Assembly (NCBI GenBank): GCA_046484245.1
Contig: JAWOBN010000026.1
Coordinates: 1-23,810, forward strand
Length of the DNA stretch: 23,810 bases
From: a bacterium
GTDB taxonomy: Bacteria; Hydrothermota; 32-111
Direction of reading: 5' to 3'
In this document: positions 1 to 8,965 of the stretch, in pieces
Position numbering within the stretch: the first letter of the stretch is position 1
Layout: each line of letters starts with the position of its first letter
Notes under the pieces: model-generated
Told to the model about the DNA's origin: nothing
Databases searched by the model: none
What the model saw: only the letters and a program-made list of their open reading frames with translations
Position numbers and translations under genes: made by a program

Positions 1-1215
1 GCAACCAATGTTTCTGCAGCAAATTACTGGAGATACGGCGCATCCTTCTCAGCAAAATTCGGGGCATTTGTGCCTTTTGTTGAGGGATACGGCAGGAAAT
101 ATGTTGCTTCAGCCCTCTTTGAGGACCAGTATATTATTTATGCATCAGGCGGAATGAGATTTGATACTCCGGCAGGCCTTGTTATTGACCTCGGTTCGGA
201 TTACAGGATAACAAGATTTTCAACATCACCGCGGCCTGATACAGTAAGAAGCAATGTTTACAATATTAATGAAGGGTGGAGCGCAGTACCTGACTGGAGA
301 TTCCATTTCGGACTGTCATATTACTATGATTTCATCAAGGACGCAGCCCCCATTGTCATTGAAACCAAAAAGACACTTGTCACAGGCAAGATCGTTGATG
401 AGGAAAACGGGGAACCGCTCAGTGCAATAGTGACAATGCCCGGTTACAGTAAAGACATAAGGGTAACAACAGATTCAACAGGTACATACTCAATAGAGGT
501 CAATCCCGGGACAATAAGGATAAGGGTCAACCGTGAAGGATATAAATGGAAAGAGAAAGGCATTATCATTGAGAAGGGCCAGACAAAGATAGTGGACTTC
601 ACATTGGTGCGCAAGGAAGAGGCAAAGGGAACACTGGAAGGCAAGGTTGTCAATAAATCAGACAATGAGCCCATACGCGCTACAATCTCTTTCCCCAATA
701 CTGATATACCCAATATAAGGTCCGGTTCATCAACAGGCAAATTCCGCATAGACATGGAGCCGGGCACATATCAGATGACTGTTTCAAAGGAAGGATTCAT
801 AGAATGGAGTCAGCCGGTTGAGATTGAACAGGACAAGACCCTTGTGATGACAATTGAACTGCTCAAGAAAGGCGGAAGGATAAATCTTGTCGGTATTCAT
901 TTTGACAGCGGTAAAGCAACAATAAGACCGTCATCATATCCTGTTCTGGACAGGGCTGTTGATATGCTCAAGGAAAACCCCAATGTGAGAATTGAGATTC
1001 AGGGACATACTGATTCAGTAGGCAGTGCATCAAACAATCTTTCACTCTCACAGGCAAGAGCAGAGTCAGTGAGGAGTTATCTCATAAACAGAGGCATCTC
1101 AGCGTCAAGGATTATTGCAAAGGGATATGGTGAGACAATGCCCATTGCAACCAATACAACAAGGTACGGCAGACAGCAGAACAGAAGAATTGAATTCCTG
1201 ATTTTAGGGGATTAA
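1..1215 (+). CDS. OmpA-family outer-membrane protein (5'-truncated): end of probable beta-barrel, two carboxypeptidase-regulatory-like/PEGA Ig-like domains, OmpA C-terminal peptidoglycan-binding domain
   Basis: Frame is open from base 1 (ATNVSAANYWRYGASFSAKFG...), so the true start lies upstream of the window. OmpA_C motifs IHFDSGKA, IQGHTDSVG, LSQARAESV and NRRIEF. Two repeats of G.(I/V)V.....EP(L/I).A...G.(Y/F).I...PGT.....EG(Y/F). Confidence 0.9.
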   Translation, partial: ATNVSAANYWRYGASFSAKFGAFVPFVEGYGRKYVASALFEDQYIIYASGGMRFDTPAGLVIDLGSDYRITRFSTSPRPDTVRSNVYNINEGWSAVPDWRFHFGLSYYYDFIKDAAPIVIETKKTLVTGKIVDEENGEPLSAIVTMPGYSKDIRVTTDSTGTYSIEVNPGTIRIRVNREGYKWKEKGIIIEKGQTKIVDFTLVRKEEAKGTLEGKVVNKSDNEPIRATISFPNTDIPNIRSGSSTGKFRIDMEPGTYQMTVSKEGFIEWSQPVEIEQDKTLVMTIELLKKGGRINLVGIHFDSGKATIRPSSYPVLDRAVDMLKENPNVRIEIQGHTDSVGSASNNLSLSQARAESVRSYLINRGISASRIIAKGYGETMPIATNTTRYGRQQNRRIEFLILGD

Positions 1216-1222
1216 ATAATAT

Positions 1223-1250
1223 AAAGAGGGCTCACTTCAGAGCCCTCTTT
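1223..1250. terminator. Probable bidirectional intrinsic terminator between convergent ompA-like gene and pdxA
   Basis: Perfect 11-bp inverted repeat AAAGAGGGCTC-acttca-GAGCCCTCTTT with T/AT-rich tails on both strands. It overlaps the pdxA stop codon. Confidence 0.75.
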
Positions 1251-2149
1251 TCAATAAATTCTATGCAGTTTTCAAGAGAGAGTGTGTTTATCTCATCCTG
1301 TCTGTGGACAATATCAATAGCAGGCCCGTGATCCGGTGACACCCTCAGAAACGGCAGGCCCGCAGTTATATTGATGCCGTCTTCAAAGGAATATATCTTG
1401 AAAGGAATGAGAGCCTGATCATGATACATGCACAGATAGACATCTGTTCTCTTCATCCTCTCAGGGAGGAAAGCTGTATCAGAAGACACAGGCCCTTCTA
1501 TATCATATTCATTCAAATCATCTATAATTGATTTCAGATTCTTGTCATGCTGGGCAATAAGGCCATTGTCCGAACAATGCGGGTTGAAACATAATGCAGC
1601 AATACGGGGTCTTTTACCCATATACTCCCTGAAGAATGAATCAATATTGCCCAGATGCCTCAACAAAAGGTCTCTGTTTACTGTATCAATAACATCATCT
1701 ATAGGTATATGGGTTGTAGCAGGACATACGGATATTCTACGGGAATAGAGTATCATTGACTCGCTTGAATCAAAGCATCTGCCGAGATACTCAGTATGGC
1801 CGCCGAACCCTTTTATGTACATGGATGTGCTTTTTTTATTAAGGGGCATTGTGATAAGGGGATGGGTATCCTCTTTGATCATTCCCACTGCCTTTATCAG
1901 TGAGAGAGCAGCATATTCCTTTGTGAAATCAGTGTCACTGCCCGGAGTAAAGCTGCGGGGTACAATATCGGGATTTATGCAGTCAATATTATCCGGTATA
2001 TCCAGACGGAAGAACTCTGAGCCTCTCTCCAGTATTTCCCTGTGTATTGTAATGGAGAATTTTATGGAGGGATAATTATGCACTGTTTTGAGAATGAGGA
2101 AGAGGTTGATGCCGGAGATATCCCCGGCAGTCATAATTATTCTATTCAT
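1232..2149 (-). CDS. pdxA: 4-hydroxythreonine-4-phosphate dehydrogenase PdxA family
   Basis: Motifs GHTEYL, TTHIP, NPH, MYHDQ, GLPFLRVSPDHG. Lies directly after surA, a well-known gene order. ATG at 2149 preferred over TTG at 2152; overlaps the surA stop by 8 nt. Confidence 0.92.
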   Translation of the reverse strand: MNRIIMTAGDISGINLFLILKTVHNYPSIKFSITIHREILERGSEFFRLDIPDNIDCINPDIVPRSFTPGSDTDFTKEYAALSLIKAVGMIKEDTHPLITMPLNKKSTSMYIKGFGGHTEYLGRCFDSSESMILYSRRISVCPATTHIPIDDVIDTVNRDLLLRHLGNIDSFFREYMGKRPRIAALCFNPHCSDNGLIAQHDKNLKSIIDDLNEYDIEGPVSSDTAFLPERMKRTDVYLCMYHDQALIPFKIYSFEDGINITAGLPFLRVSPDHGPAIDIVHRQDEINTLSLENCIEFIEKRALK

Positions 2150-3422
2150 CAAGATGCTTTATGTATATATCCTCTTTTGCTGAGGCAATAATATCATCAA
2201 TTCTCTCTTCTATCTTCCTGCCCTCAATCATGTTCCTGACAATATCCCTGACCTCTTCAAATTCACTGGCATATCCGCCCTTGACATTCTCCATCATGAA
2301 TATTTCATAACCCCAGTCACCCTTCTGCACATCAGAGAGCTCGCCTTCTTCAAGACCGGTCAGAATATCCCTCAGGGGATTGTCCAGTGATCCAATGGGC
2401 AAATTACCTATGAATCCGCCTGATGATGCAGTGGATGCATCCTCTGTGTAGCGTGATGCAGCTTCCTTGAAATCAATTTCACCGGATTTGATCATCTCAT
2501 GGACTGTTTCAGCTTTTTCCTTTACACGGACAGAATCATCCCTGTCAATTGTATATGATACGAGTATTCTTGAATAATCAATGGAATCTCTTGCATAATC
2601 ATGTATCTTCATTATCTCAAAACCGTCCATGGACTGGGTGTAGAGGATTGAATCAGCATCCTTGTAGGCATATAGGAATTGCGCGACCTCGGGAGACAGC
2701 TCATCGAACTTCTTCCAGCCTATTCTGCCGCCCTTCCCTGCGGTTTCACCATGATCGGAGTATTTCCCGGCAATATACTCAAATGAATCACCCTGTTTGA
2801 GGGAGCGTATCAGGGCATCAGCCTTCTCCAGTGTTGACATCATTGTCATTGAATCGGGTTTTATAATAAATGATATGTGATAGAGGTCTGCAGTAAGGGG
2901 ATCTTTGAATGAATCCCTGTTTTCCTCATAGTACTTCTTCACTTCAGCCGGTCTTACACTGATCTGAATGCCCCTGTTGAAGAGTATCTGCTGTTTGAGA
3001 AATGATATTTTCCTCTGTCTGAAATAGAACCGGCGCAGCTCACTCTCTGTCATGCTGTTTTCCTTGAGGAATTCCTCAAACTCCTTCTGGCTGTTGAATG
3101 AAGAACCTATCATATTCTCTATGTAATTCTCCACCTCATTCATCACAGAGACAGAATCAAGCTCAATACTGTCTCTCTTTGCAATAATGTAGAGGATCTT
3201 CTCATTTACAAGACCCTCCACATAATTATCCTTCAGTGAATCCTTGGCAGCCTGAGAGTAGAACGGGGATTTTTCAACAAACTCAATGCCCCTGTCTATT
3301 TCACTCTTCAGAATCGGCTCATCACCAACCACAATGCTCACCCTGTCAATAAGACGGGCACCGGTGACTATTACTATCAGCGAGATTAGAAGTATTGCTG
3401 TTAATGCTCTATTTCTGGTCAT
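2142..3422 (-). CDS. surA: SurA-like periplasmic chaperone with two parvulin domains
   Basis: Signal peptide, then IDRVSIVVGDEPILKSEI (SurA N-terminus). Two parvulin-like units: FEYIAGKYSD..GG.IG and FKEAASRYTED..SGG.IG. Upstream of pdxA. Confidence 0.85.
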   Translation of the reverse strand: MTRNRALTAILLISLIVIVTGARLIDRVSIVVGDEPILKSEIDRGIEFVEKSPFYSQAAKDSLKDNYVEGLVNEKILYIIAKRDSIELDSVSVMNEVENYIENMIGSSFNSQKEFEEFLKENSMTESELRRFYFRQRKISFLKQQILFNRGIQISVRPAEVKKYYEENRDSFKDPLTADLYHISFIIKPDSMTMMSTLEKADALIRSLKQGDSFEYIAGKYSDHGETAGKGGRIGWKKFDELSPEVAQFLYAYKDADSILYTQSMDGFEIMKIHDYARDSIDYSRILVSYTIDRDDSVRVKEKAETVHEMIKSGEIDFKEAASRYTEDASTASSGGFIGNLPIGSLDNPLRDILTGLEEGELSDVQKGDWGYEIFMMENVKGGYASEFEEVRDIVRNMIEGRKIEERIDDIIASAKEDIYIKHLDE

Positions 3423-4260
3423 AATACTTAATGTCCGCTTCCTGTTTCAGTTTATTGACATAGGATTCAAACTTTGTCTGCCTCTTCTGCTGGAAGACAA
3501 GCTGGCCTATCATATTCTTCATATCAGCGTAGCTTTTTGCTGAAGGGGCTGTGTCCATCAGTTTAACAATGGCGAATGTGCCCTGCTGTGTCTTGAATGG
3601 CTCGGAAACATCACCCTTCTTGCTGAGGGAGAATGCAATTGAGTCAATTGACGGATAGCCGGCAACTGTCCAGTCAGTGTATTCAAAGTACCGTGTCATG
3701 ACTCCGCCTTCCTTGCCTGATATTGTATCAAGCGAGAATTCATTTGCCACTGATCTGAATGATTTCCTGCCTCTCTTTATGAGATCGTACAGTGAATCCG
3801 CAAATGACTCGCCCTGTGAAGGATGAAGCAGCACAAGGGCTATTTTCCTCTTCTCTTCAAATTTGCCCTTTCTCATCTGATAGAATGAGCGTATCTCATC
3901 TTCCTTGGGGTATTCAACCTCCAGTTCATTCTGTATGTACTGATTGGCAATAGCCAGACGCCTCTGCAGTTCCAGCTGATTGACAAAAACAGTGTCATTC
4001 ATCACATCTGATTTCACTGCCTTTTCATATATGAGGAAATTATTGACCAGTTCATCTATGAGTGCCTGTTTCTGCTCCTCATCTATCTGGGTCATATCTC
4101 CGAAGAGATTTATCAGATCCTCTGTTATATATTCATCATTGACCTTTACGATTTTTTTGCCTGATGTGAGAAAACCGTCATTGTCATTTGAGCATGATAC
4201 AGAAAATAATCCTGTCAGGATAATCACTGCCATTAGTGTTATTGCTGCTTTTTTCATCAT
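3409..4260 (-). CDS. Parvulin-type (PpiC/PrsA-like) foldase lipoprotein, single degenerate PPIase domain
   Basis: Lipobox-like SVSC, VKVNDEYIT, FRSVANEFSLD..SGKEGG, GDVSEPFKT, and C-terminal LKQEADIKY typical of PrsA/SurA folds. AGGAG lies 7 nt before ATG 4260. Confidence 0.85.
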   Translation of the reverse strand: MMKKAAITLMAVIILTGLFSVSCSNDNDGFLTSGKKIVKVNDEYITEDLINLFGDMTQIDEEQKQALIDELVNNFLIYEKAVKSDVMNDTVFVNQLELQRRLAIANQYIQNELEVEYPKEDEIRSFYQMRKGKFEEKRKIALVLLHPSQGESFADSLYDLIKRGRKSFRSVANEFSLDTISGKEGGVMTRYFEYTDWTVAGYPSIDSIAFSLSKKGDVSEPFKTQQGTFAIVKLMDTAPSAKSYADMKNMIGQLVFQQKRQTKFESYVNKLKQEADIKYYDQK

Positions 4261-4274
4261 TTCCATTCTCCTGT

Positions 4275-5933
4275 TTATTTGTTATATATTTCTCTGAGAA
4301 CTTTCTCATAGTTCTTTTCATATACTCTAACCCTGCCATCTTCTTCATATTTTGCAAGCATCTCATCCATTCTCTTGTCAATTGTATGCTTGATATATTC
4401 TGTCTTGACCTTGTTCTTATTTTCCTCAAATGGCATGGGGTTGGGTTCATCAAGCATGACGACCTTGATGACATTATAACCGTGGCTGTTCTTGAAAACA
4501 TCCGAGACATTGCCCAGACCTGTTTCAACTGCTTTCTCATAGTATCCTGTCGTATCATCGGATGTCTTTACAGTATAGTCCGGTTTTGCGAATTCCTTGG
4601 GTTTTTGTGTTGAATAAACACGTGCAAGGTCCTTGAATGATTTACTGCTTGTATCCAGTGAATCCACAATCATGTCAAAGCGTTCCTTGTCGGGATTGGA
4701 GATAATATAGAATCCGGCCCTGCCTGTCTGCATGAAGAGGTCTGTATTATTCTCATAGAATGACCTCAGCATACTGTCACTGACCTCTACGCTCTGCCGT
4801 ATATTCTTTGCCAGATTCTGTTCTGCAAAGATAGCTGCTCTCAGTTCTATCTCCTTGCTCACTTCATCATCAAGATGTATTCCCATTCTCCTGCCCCTGT
4901 TGTATATGGACATGAAGAATACCATTCTCTGGGCAAGGCCCTTCATATTCTTCGTCTCCTTCATGGGAATAGCACCGAATTGATATTTGTCATTGTACTT
5001 GACAATACTGTCAATTGTCCAGTCACCGAAAATAGACCTTACAAGCACTGTATTCCTGTGCTTGTCATCCACTTTATCCGTATCCATCTGATTCATGCCT
5101 GTACCTGAAAGATAATCCATGAATTCCTCAATATTCCCTTCCATAGGATTATACTGAGCAATGCCCTCCAGATATTCTATTGACCATTCCTCCAGTTCCT
5201 TCTTCTTCTTTGCTTCAAGCTGTTTCGTCAGCATCTTCTTCTGGCTGTCCCATGAATCCAGTGACTTGTACTCCCTTCTGTTGACCCTTATAATGTGATA
5301 TCCGAACGGGGACTCAACCGGTCTGCCTATGATGCCTATGGGCTGTGTCATTGCAGCATTCTCAAAGGGCTTGACGAATTTGTCGCCCGAGAATGGCTTC
5401 AGCCTGCCTTCATTATCCTTATTATTGGTGTCAATTGAATACTCTGCAGCCAATTCGCCGAATAATGACGGCTTGCTCTTCAGTACATTGTAGAGACTGT
5501 CAGCGAGCTGTTCGTCTTCAACATCCACCAGTATATGCTGAGCCCATACTGTTGTATTGAGGCGATTGAAATATTCAAATACCTCATGCTCGGGCACATG
5601 CACCTTTTCTGTGACAAGTGCATTGTAAACACCGTCAGTGAGGTATCTGTTTATTGTCCTCTCAACCATTACCTCAATTTCCTCTGTATCGGCACTATCA
5701 ACAGAATTCATCAAGACAGCATACTGCCTCATTATGTTCTCAAAATTGATATCCGCCTTCTCTTTGAACCTGTCAAAATCAGTCTCCCCTTTCACACCGG
5801 GGAATACGCGCGTAAACTGGTTTTTATGAATAGTAAACCTGCCGACTTTTGCCAATTTGTAATCACTGCGGGAACAACCTGTTAAAAATACTGCAAGTAT
5901 AAAAATAATTAACATTGCCTTTCTGATATTCAT
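4275..5933 (-). CDS. Peptidyl-prolyl cis-trans isomerase lipoprotein with two parvulin domains
   Basis: Lipobox LTGC. Domain 1: AQHILV...FGELAAEYSID...FVKPFENAA...PVESPFGYHII. Domain 2 (degenerate): FKDLARVYS...VSDVFKNSHGYNVI. SD AGGAGG 4 nt upstream. Confidence 0.88.
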   Translation of the reverse strand: MNIRKAMLIIFILAVFLTGCSRSDYKLAKVGRFTIHKNQFTRVFPGVKGETDFDRFKEKADINFENIMRQYAVLMNSVDSADTEEIEVMVERTINRYLTDGVYNALVTEKVHVPEHEVFEYFNRLNTTVWAQHILVDVEDEQLADSLYNVLKSKPSLFGELAAEYSIDTNNKDNEGRLKPFSGDKFVKPFENAAMTQPIGIIGRPVESPFGYHIIRVNRREYKSLDSWDSQKKMLTKQLEAKKKKELEEWSIEYLEGIAQYNPMEGNIEEFMDYLSGTGMNQMDTDKVDDKHRNTVLVRSIFGDWTIDSIVKYNDKYQFGAIPMKETKNMKGLAQRMVFFMSIYNRGRRMGIHLDDEVSKEIELRAAIFAEQNLAKNIRQSVEVSDSMLRSFYENNTDLFMQTGRAGFYIISNPDKERFDMIVDSLDTSSKSFKDLARVYSTQKPKEFAKPDYTVKTSDDTTGYYEKAVETGLGNVSDVFKNSHGYNVIKVVMLDEPNPMPFEENKNKVKTEYIKHTIDKRMDEMLAKYEEDGRVRVYEKNYEKVLREIYNK

Positions 5934-5958
5934 TAGACCTCCTTTTGTCTAAGTTATT

Positions 5959-5987
5959 ATAATAGCAAATTATACTGCGTTTTTCAA
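5959..5987 (-). promoter_or_regulatory. Candidate internal sigma70 promoter for the PPIase-PPIase-surA-pdxA genes
   Basis: Minus strand TTGAAA-N17-TATTAT with an extended -10 TGn; the -35 lies in the last codons of mfd. Confidence 0.55.
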
Positions 5988-8918
5988 GAGTTTTCTGATT
6001 GTTCTTATATCCATATCCCTGCTGTCTATGATTATCCGGAAGGGATTCTCATACTTTATCTCAAGATGCCTTTCAGTGCCTGATATCAGTTTATTGAGAA
6101 CTGCCTTGGGAGGACTGTAATCAAAGAGGAATTCAACTGTCAGTTTATTGCCCGTACTCTTCACAGCAGATATTCTCGCCTCCCTGCAGAGCAGCTTGAT
6201 CCGGCGCAGTGTGAACATATTCTCAATCTCCCGGGGCATTGAACCGTATCTGTCAATAAATCTCTTCTTTGCATTATTGAATTTATCCGCCTTGTCAATG
6301 GCATTTATCTCCCTGTACAGCTTGGATTTGCCTGATGCCGAGAGGGGGAAATCATCCGGTATATATGTTTTTACAGGTATGCTGACAGTGGGTTCTATGA
6401 CCTCCATTGTCTTCATGCCCCTCACCTCTTCAATTGCCTGTTTCAGCAGTTTGTAGTACAGAGAAAACCCCACTATTCCAATATTGCCGTGCTGCCGGGT
6501 TCCCAGCAGATTGCCCGCACCCCTTATTTCCAGGTCTTTCATTGCCAGCTTGAATCCTGCACCGAGGGAGGAGAATGACTTGAATGCCATGAGACGCCTC
6601 TTGGCATTATCCGTCAGATTCTTCTCATCTGAAATTATCACATAGCAGAATGCATCCCTGTGACTCCGGCCTATCCTCCCCCTCAACTGATGAAGCTGTG
6701 CAATGCCGAATCTCTCGCCATTGTTTATTATCATTGTATTGGTTGTGGGATTGTCAATACCCGATTCAATGATTGCTGTTGAAAGCAGCACATCGTATCT
6801 CTGCTCCCAGAAATCAAGCATTATGTTTTCAAGTTTCCTTGAAGGGAGTTTTGCATGAGCCGGTATGACAGAGATGCCGGGGATGAGTGACTCCAGTTTT
6901 GTCCTGACTGATTTGAGGCTGCCTATCCTGTTATGGACAAAATAGACCTGCCCGCCCCTGTTTATCTCCCTGATAACAGCATTCCTTATCACACTGTCAT
7001 CCCATCTCATCACATCTGTCTTCACCGGTTTTCTCCCTGAGGGGGGTGTCAGTATATTGGATATGTCCTTGATGCCCGAAAATATCATCTCCAGTGTTCT
7101 GGGTATCGGTGTTGCAGACATATAGAGCACATCAATATGCCGCTTTATCTCCTTTATCTTATCCTTCTGCTTCACACCGAATCTGTGTTCTTCATCTATT
7201 ATGAGCAGTCCGGGGTCAGAGTACTCCACATCATCACTGAGCAATGCATGTGTGCCTATTATCAGGTCAATGCCGCCCTCTTTGAGCAGGGTCTTTATGC
7301 GCCGCTTTTCCGCCTGTGACCTGAAACGGGAGAGCATTTCAACCCTAATGTCAAAATCACTGAATCTCTCTGTCAGTGTCCGGAAATGCTGTTCAGCCAG
7401 TATTGTTGTCGGCACAAGGAGTATGGACTGTTTGCCTGACAGATATGCCTTGAATATGGCACGCGCCGCAACCTCTGTTTTCCCGTATCCCACTTCCCCG
7501 CATACAACACGCTCCATTGGTCTGGGGGATTCCATATCATGCTTGATGTCTTCAATTGCCTCTATCTGATCAGGTGTCTCCTCAAATACGAATTGCTCCT
7601 CCATGTCAATCTGCCTGGGGGTGTCGCTTTTGAAGGCGAATCCGTCTGACATCTCCCTCTCTGCATAAACACGGAGCAGTTCACCTGCAATTTTTTTCAA
7701 CCCCCTCTTGATTTTTTTCTTCTTCTTCTCAAAATAGCCCTTGGAAAGCGGGGACAATGCAACATTCTGACTGCCCGGAGCATGATACTTGTCCACAAGA
7801 TTGATCTGGTCAACAGGCACAAAGACCCTGTCATTGTCCTTATAGTATATTTTCAGGCAGTCTGTAACCCTGGAACCGAGAGTTACCCTCTCAATACCCG
7901 CATACCTCCCGATACCGTAATTTTCATGTACAACAAGGTCTCCGTTTGAGAGGTCTTCAATATCCTCAATATATACTGACGGCAGTCCGAGTGCTCTCCT
8001 GTTGTATATCCTGTCCCTGCCGAATATGTCAAAATCATTTAGAAGGAGCATCTGCCCCTCATGCAGTATGAATGACCTGTATATATGGCTCTTGTGAATA
8101 TGAGCAGAGGGGAATAATTCAGTGAGGCGCTTGTATTCGTAACCGGATGATGTGAATATATTGAGCCCGTACCCGGGGTATTTTGCCATCTCCTTCCTGA
8201 AACCCTCTGATGTTCTTGTCTGCGGCACAAAATCCTCATTCTTGTCTGTATCCGTATTGCCCCCGAAGAGGAAATTGTCCATGTCAAAGACAGAGTAATC
8301 CTCAAAGAATTGACTGAATGACTGCAGTTTTTCAGAATCAGCAGGGGGGAGTATGAATTTATCCAACCGGCTCATTGATGTCTGCTTTTCAATGCCAAAT
8401 AGCCTTATGCTCTCTATTTCATTTCCGTACATCTCTATTCTCACAGGCTCGGATATATAATCATAGATATCAATTATAAATCCTCTTACAGCATACTCGC
8501 CCCTCTCATAGACATTGTCCTTTCTTTCAAATCCCGCCTTATCCAGCCGGCTGAGCAATGCATCCCTCTCCGTCTCCATGCCCTTTTTAAGTATTAGTGA
8601 TGACGAGAGGAGGGATTCTCTTGAAGGGAACCTTTCCTCTCTTATTGATGACAGAGCTATGACAGAACTGCCGTCCCTTACTATGCGCGTCAGCTTGGGT
8701 ATCAGTGTCTGCTCATTGTCCATGTCCAGTGTCCGGTAATCCTCACCGAGGAGGTCCATATGCTCTTTTACTGCAAATATATCATCAATGGACTGAGTGA
8801 GGATCACCCTCCTGCTGCTGTCTGCAAGAAGAAACAGTCCCGCCCCGGGCACGGACTCACTGATAGTGAGGGTTTTGTTTATTTTATGATGTATTGCTTC
8901 TATATTCATTATTGACAT
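5970..8918 (-). CDS. mfd: Transcription-repair coupling factor Mfd (short form, 982 aa)
   Basis: UvrB-like GEYAVRGFIIDIY, RID GDLVVHENYGIGRY, ETPDQ, Walker A GEVGYGKTEVA, DEEHRFGV, SATPIPRT, QLRGRIGR, DLEIRGAGNLLG, and TRCF-domain IDRYG.P. Alternative start at 8909. Confidence 0.97.
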   Translation of the reverse strand: MSIMNIEAIHHKINKTLTISESVPGAGLFLLADSSRRVILTQSIDDIFAVKEHMDLLGEDYRTLDMDNEQTLIPKLTRIVRDGSSVIALSSIREERFPSRESLLSSSLILKKGMETERDALLSRLDKAGFERKDNVYERGEYAVRGFIIDIYDYISEPVRIEMYGNEIESIRLFGIEKQTSMSRLDKFILPPADSEKLQSFSQFFEDYSVFDMDNFLFGGNTDTDKNEDFVPQTRTSEGFRKEMAKYPGYGLNIFTSSGYEYKRLTELFPSAHIHKSHIYRSFILHEGQMLLLNDFDIFGRDRIYNRRALGLPSVYIEDIEDLSNGDLVVHENYGIGRYAGIERVTLGSRVTDCLKIYYKDNDRVFVPVDQINLVDKYHAPGSQNVALSPLSKGYFEKKKKKIKRGLKKIAGELLRVYAEREMSDGFAFKSDTPRQIDMEEQFVFEETPDQIEAIEDIKHDMESPRPMERVVCGEVGYGKTEVAARAIFKAYLSGKQSILLVPTTILAEQHFRTLTERFSDFDIRVEMLSRFRSQAEKRRIKTLLKEGGIDLIIGTHALLSDDVEYSDPGLLIIDEEHRFGVKQKDKIKEIKRHIDVLYMSATPIPRTLEMIFSGIKDISNILTPPSGRKPVKTDVMRWDDSVIRNAVIREINRGGQVYFVHNRIGSLKSVRTKLESLIPGISVIPAHAKLPSRKLENIMLDFWEQRYDVLLSTAIIESGIDNPTTNTMIINNGERFGIAQLHQLRGRIGRSHRDAFCYVIISDEKNLTDNAKRRLMAFKSFSSLGAGFKLAMKDLEIRGAGNLLGTRQHGNIGIVGFSLYYKLLKQAIEEVRGMKTMEVIEPTVSIPVKTYIPDDFPLSASGKSKLYREINAIDKADKFNNAKKRFIDRYGSMPREIENMFTLRRIKLLCREARISAVKSTGNKLTVEFLFDYSPPKAVLNKLISGTERHLEIKYENPFRIIIDSRDMDIRTIRKLLKNAV

Positions 8919-8939
8919 TTTCCTGATTTAAACTACAGT
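8912..8939 (+). promoter_or_regulatory. Candidate sigma70 promoter for lipoprotein-M28 peptidase genes (probably leaderless)
   Basis: TTGACA(8912-8917)-N16-TACAGT(8934-8939), then 7 nt to ATG 8947. No SD present. Confidence 0.5.
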
Positions 8940-8965
8940 ATATTGTATGAATAAATCAATTGCAA
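8937..8965 (-). promoter_or_regulatory. Candidate sigma70 promoter for mfd
   Basis: Minus strand TTGCAA(8965-8960)-N17-TATACT(8942-8937). Confidence 0.55.

Noticed and set aside
70..72. GTG at 70 as start of the OmpA-like gene
   Set aside because: The frame is open to base 1 and no signal peptide follows; the gene begins upstream of the window.
7711..7730. T/C-rich run in mfd encoding KKKKK as a possible frameshift site
   Set aside because: The reading frame is intact, and a basic helix at this position after the RID is normal for Mfd.
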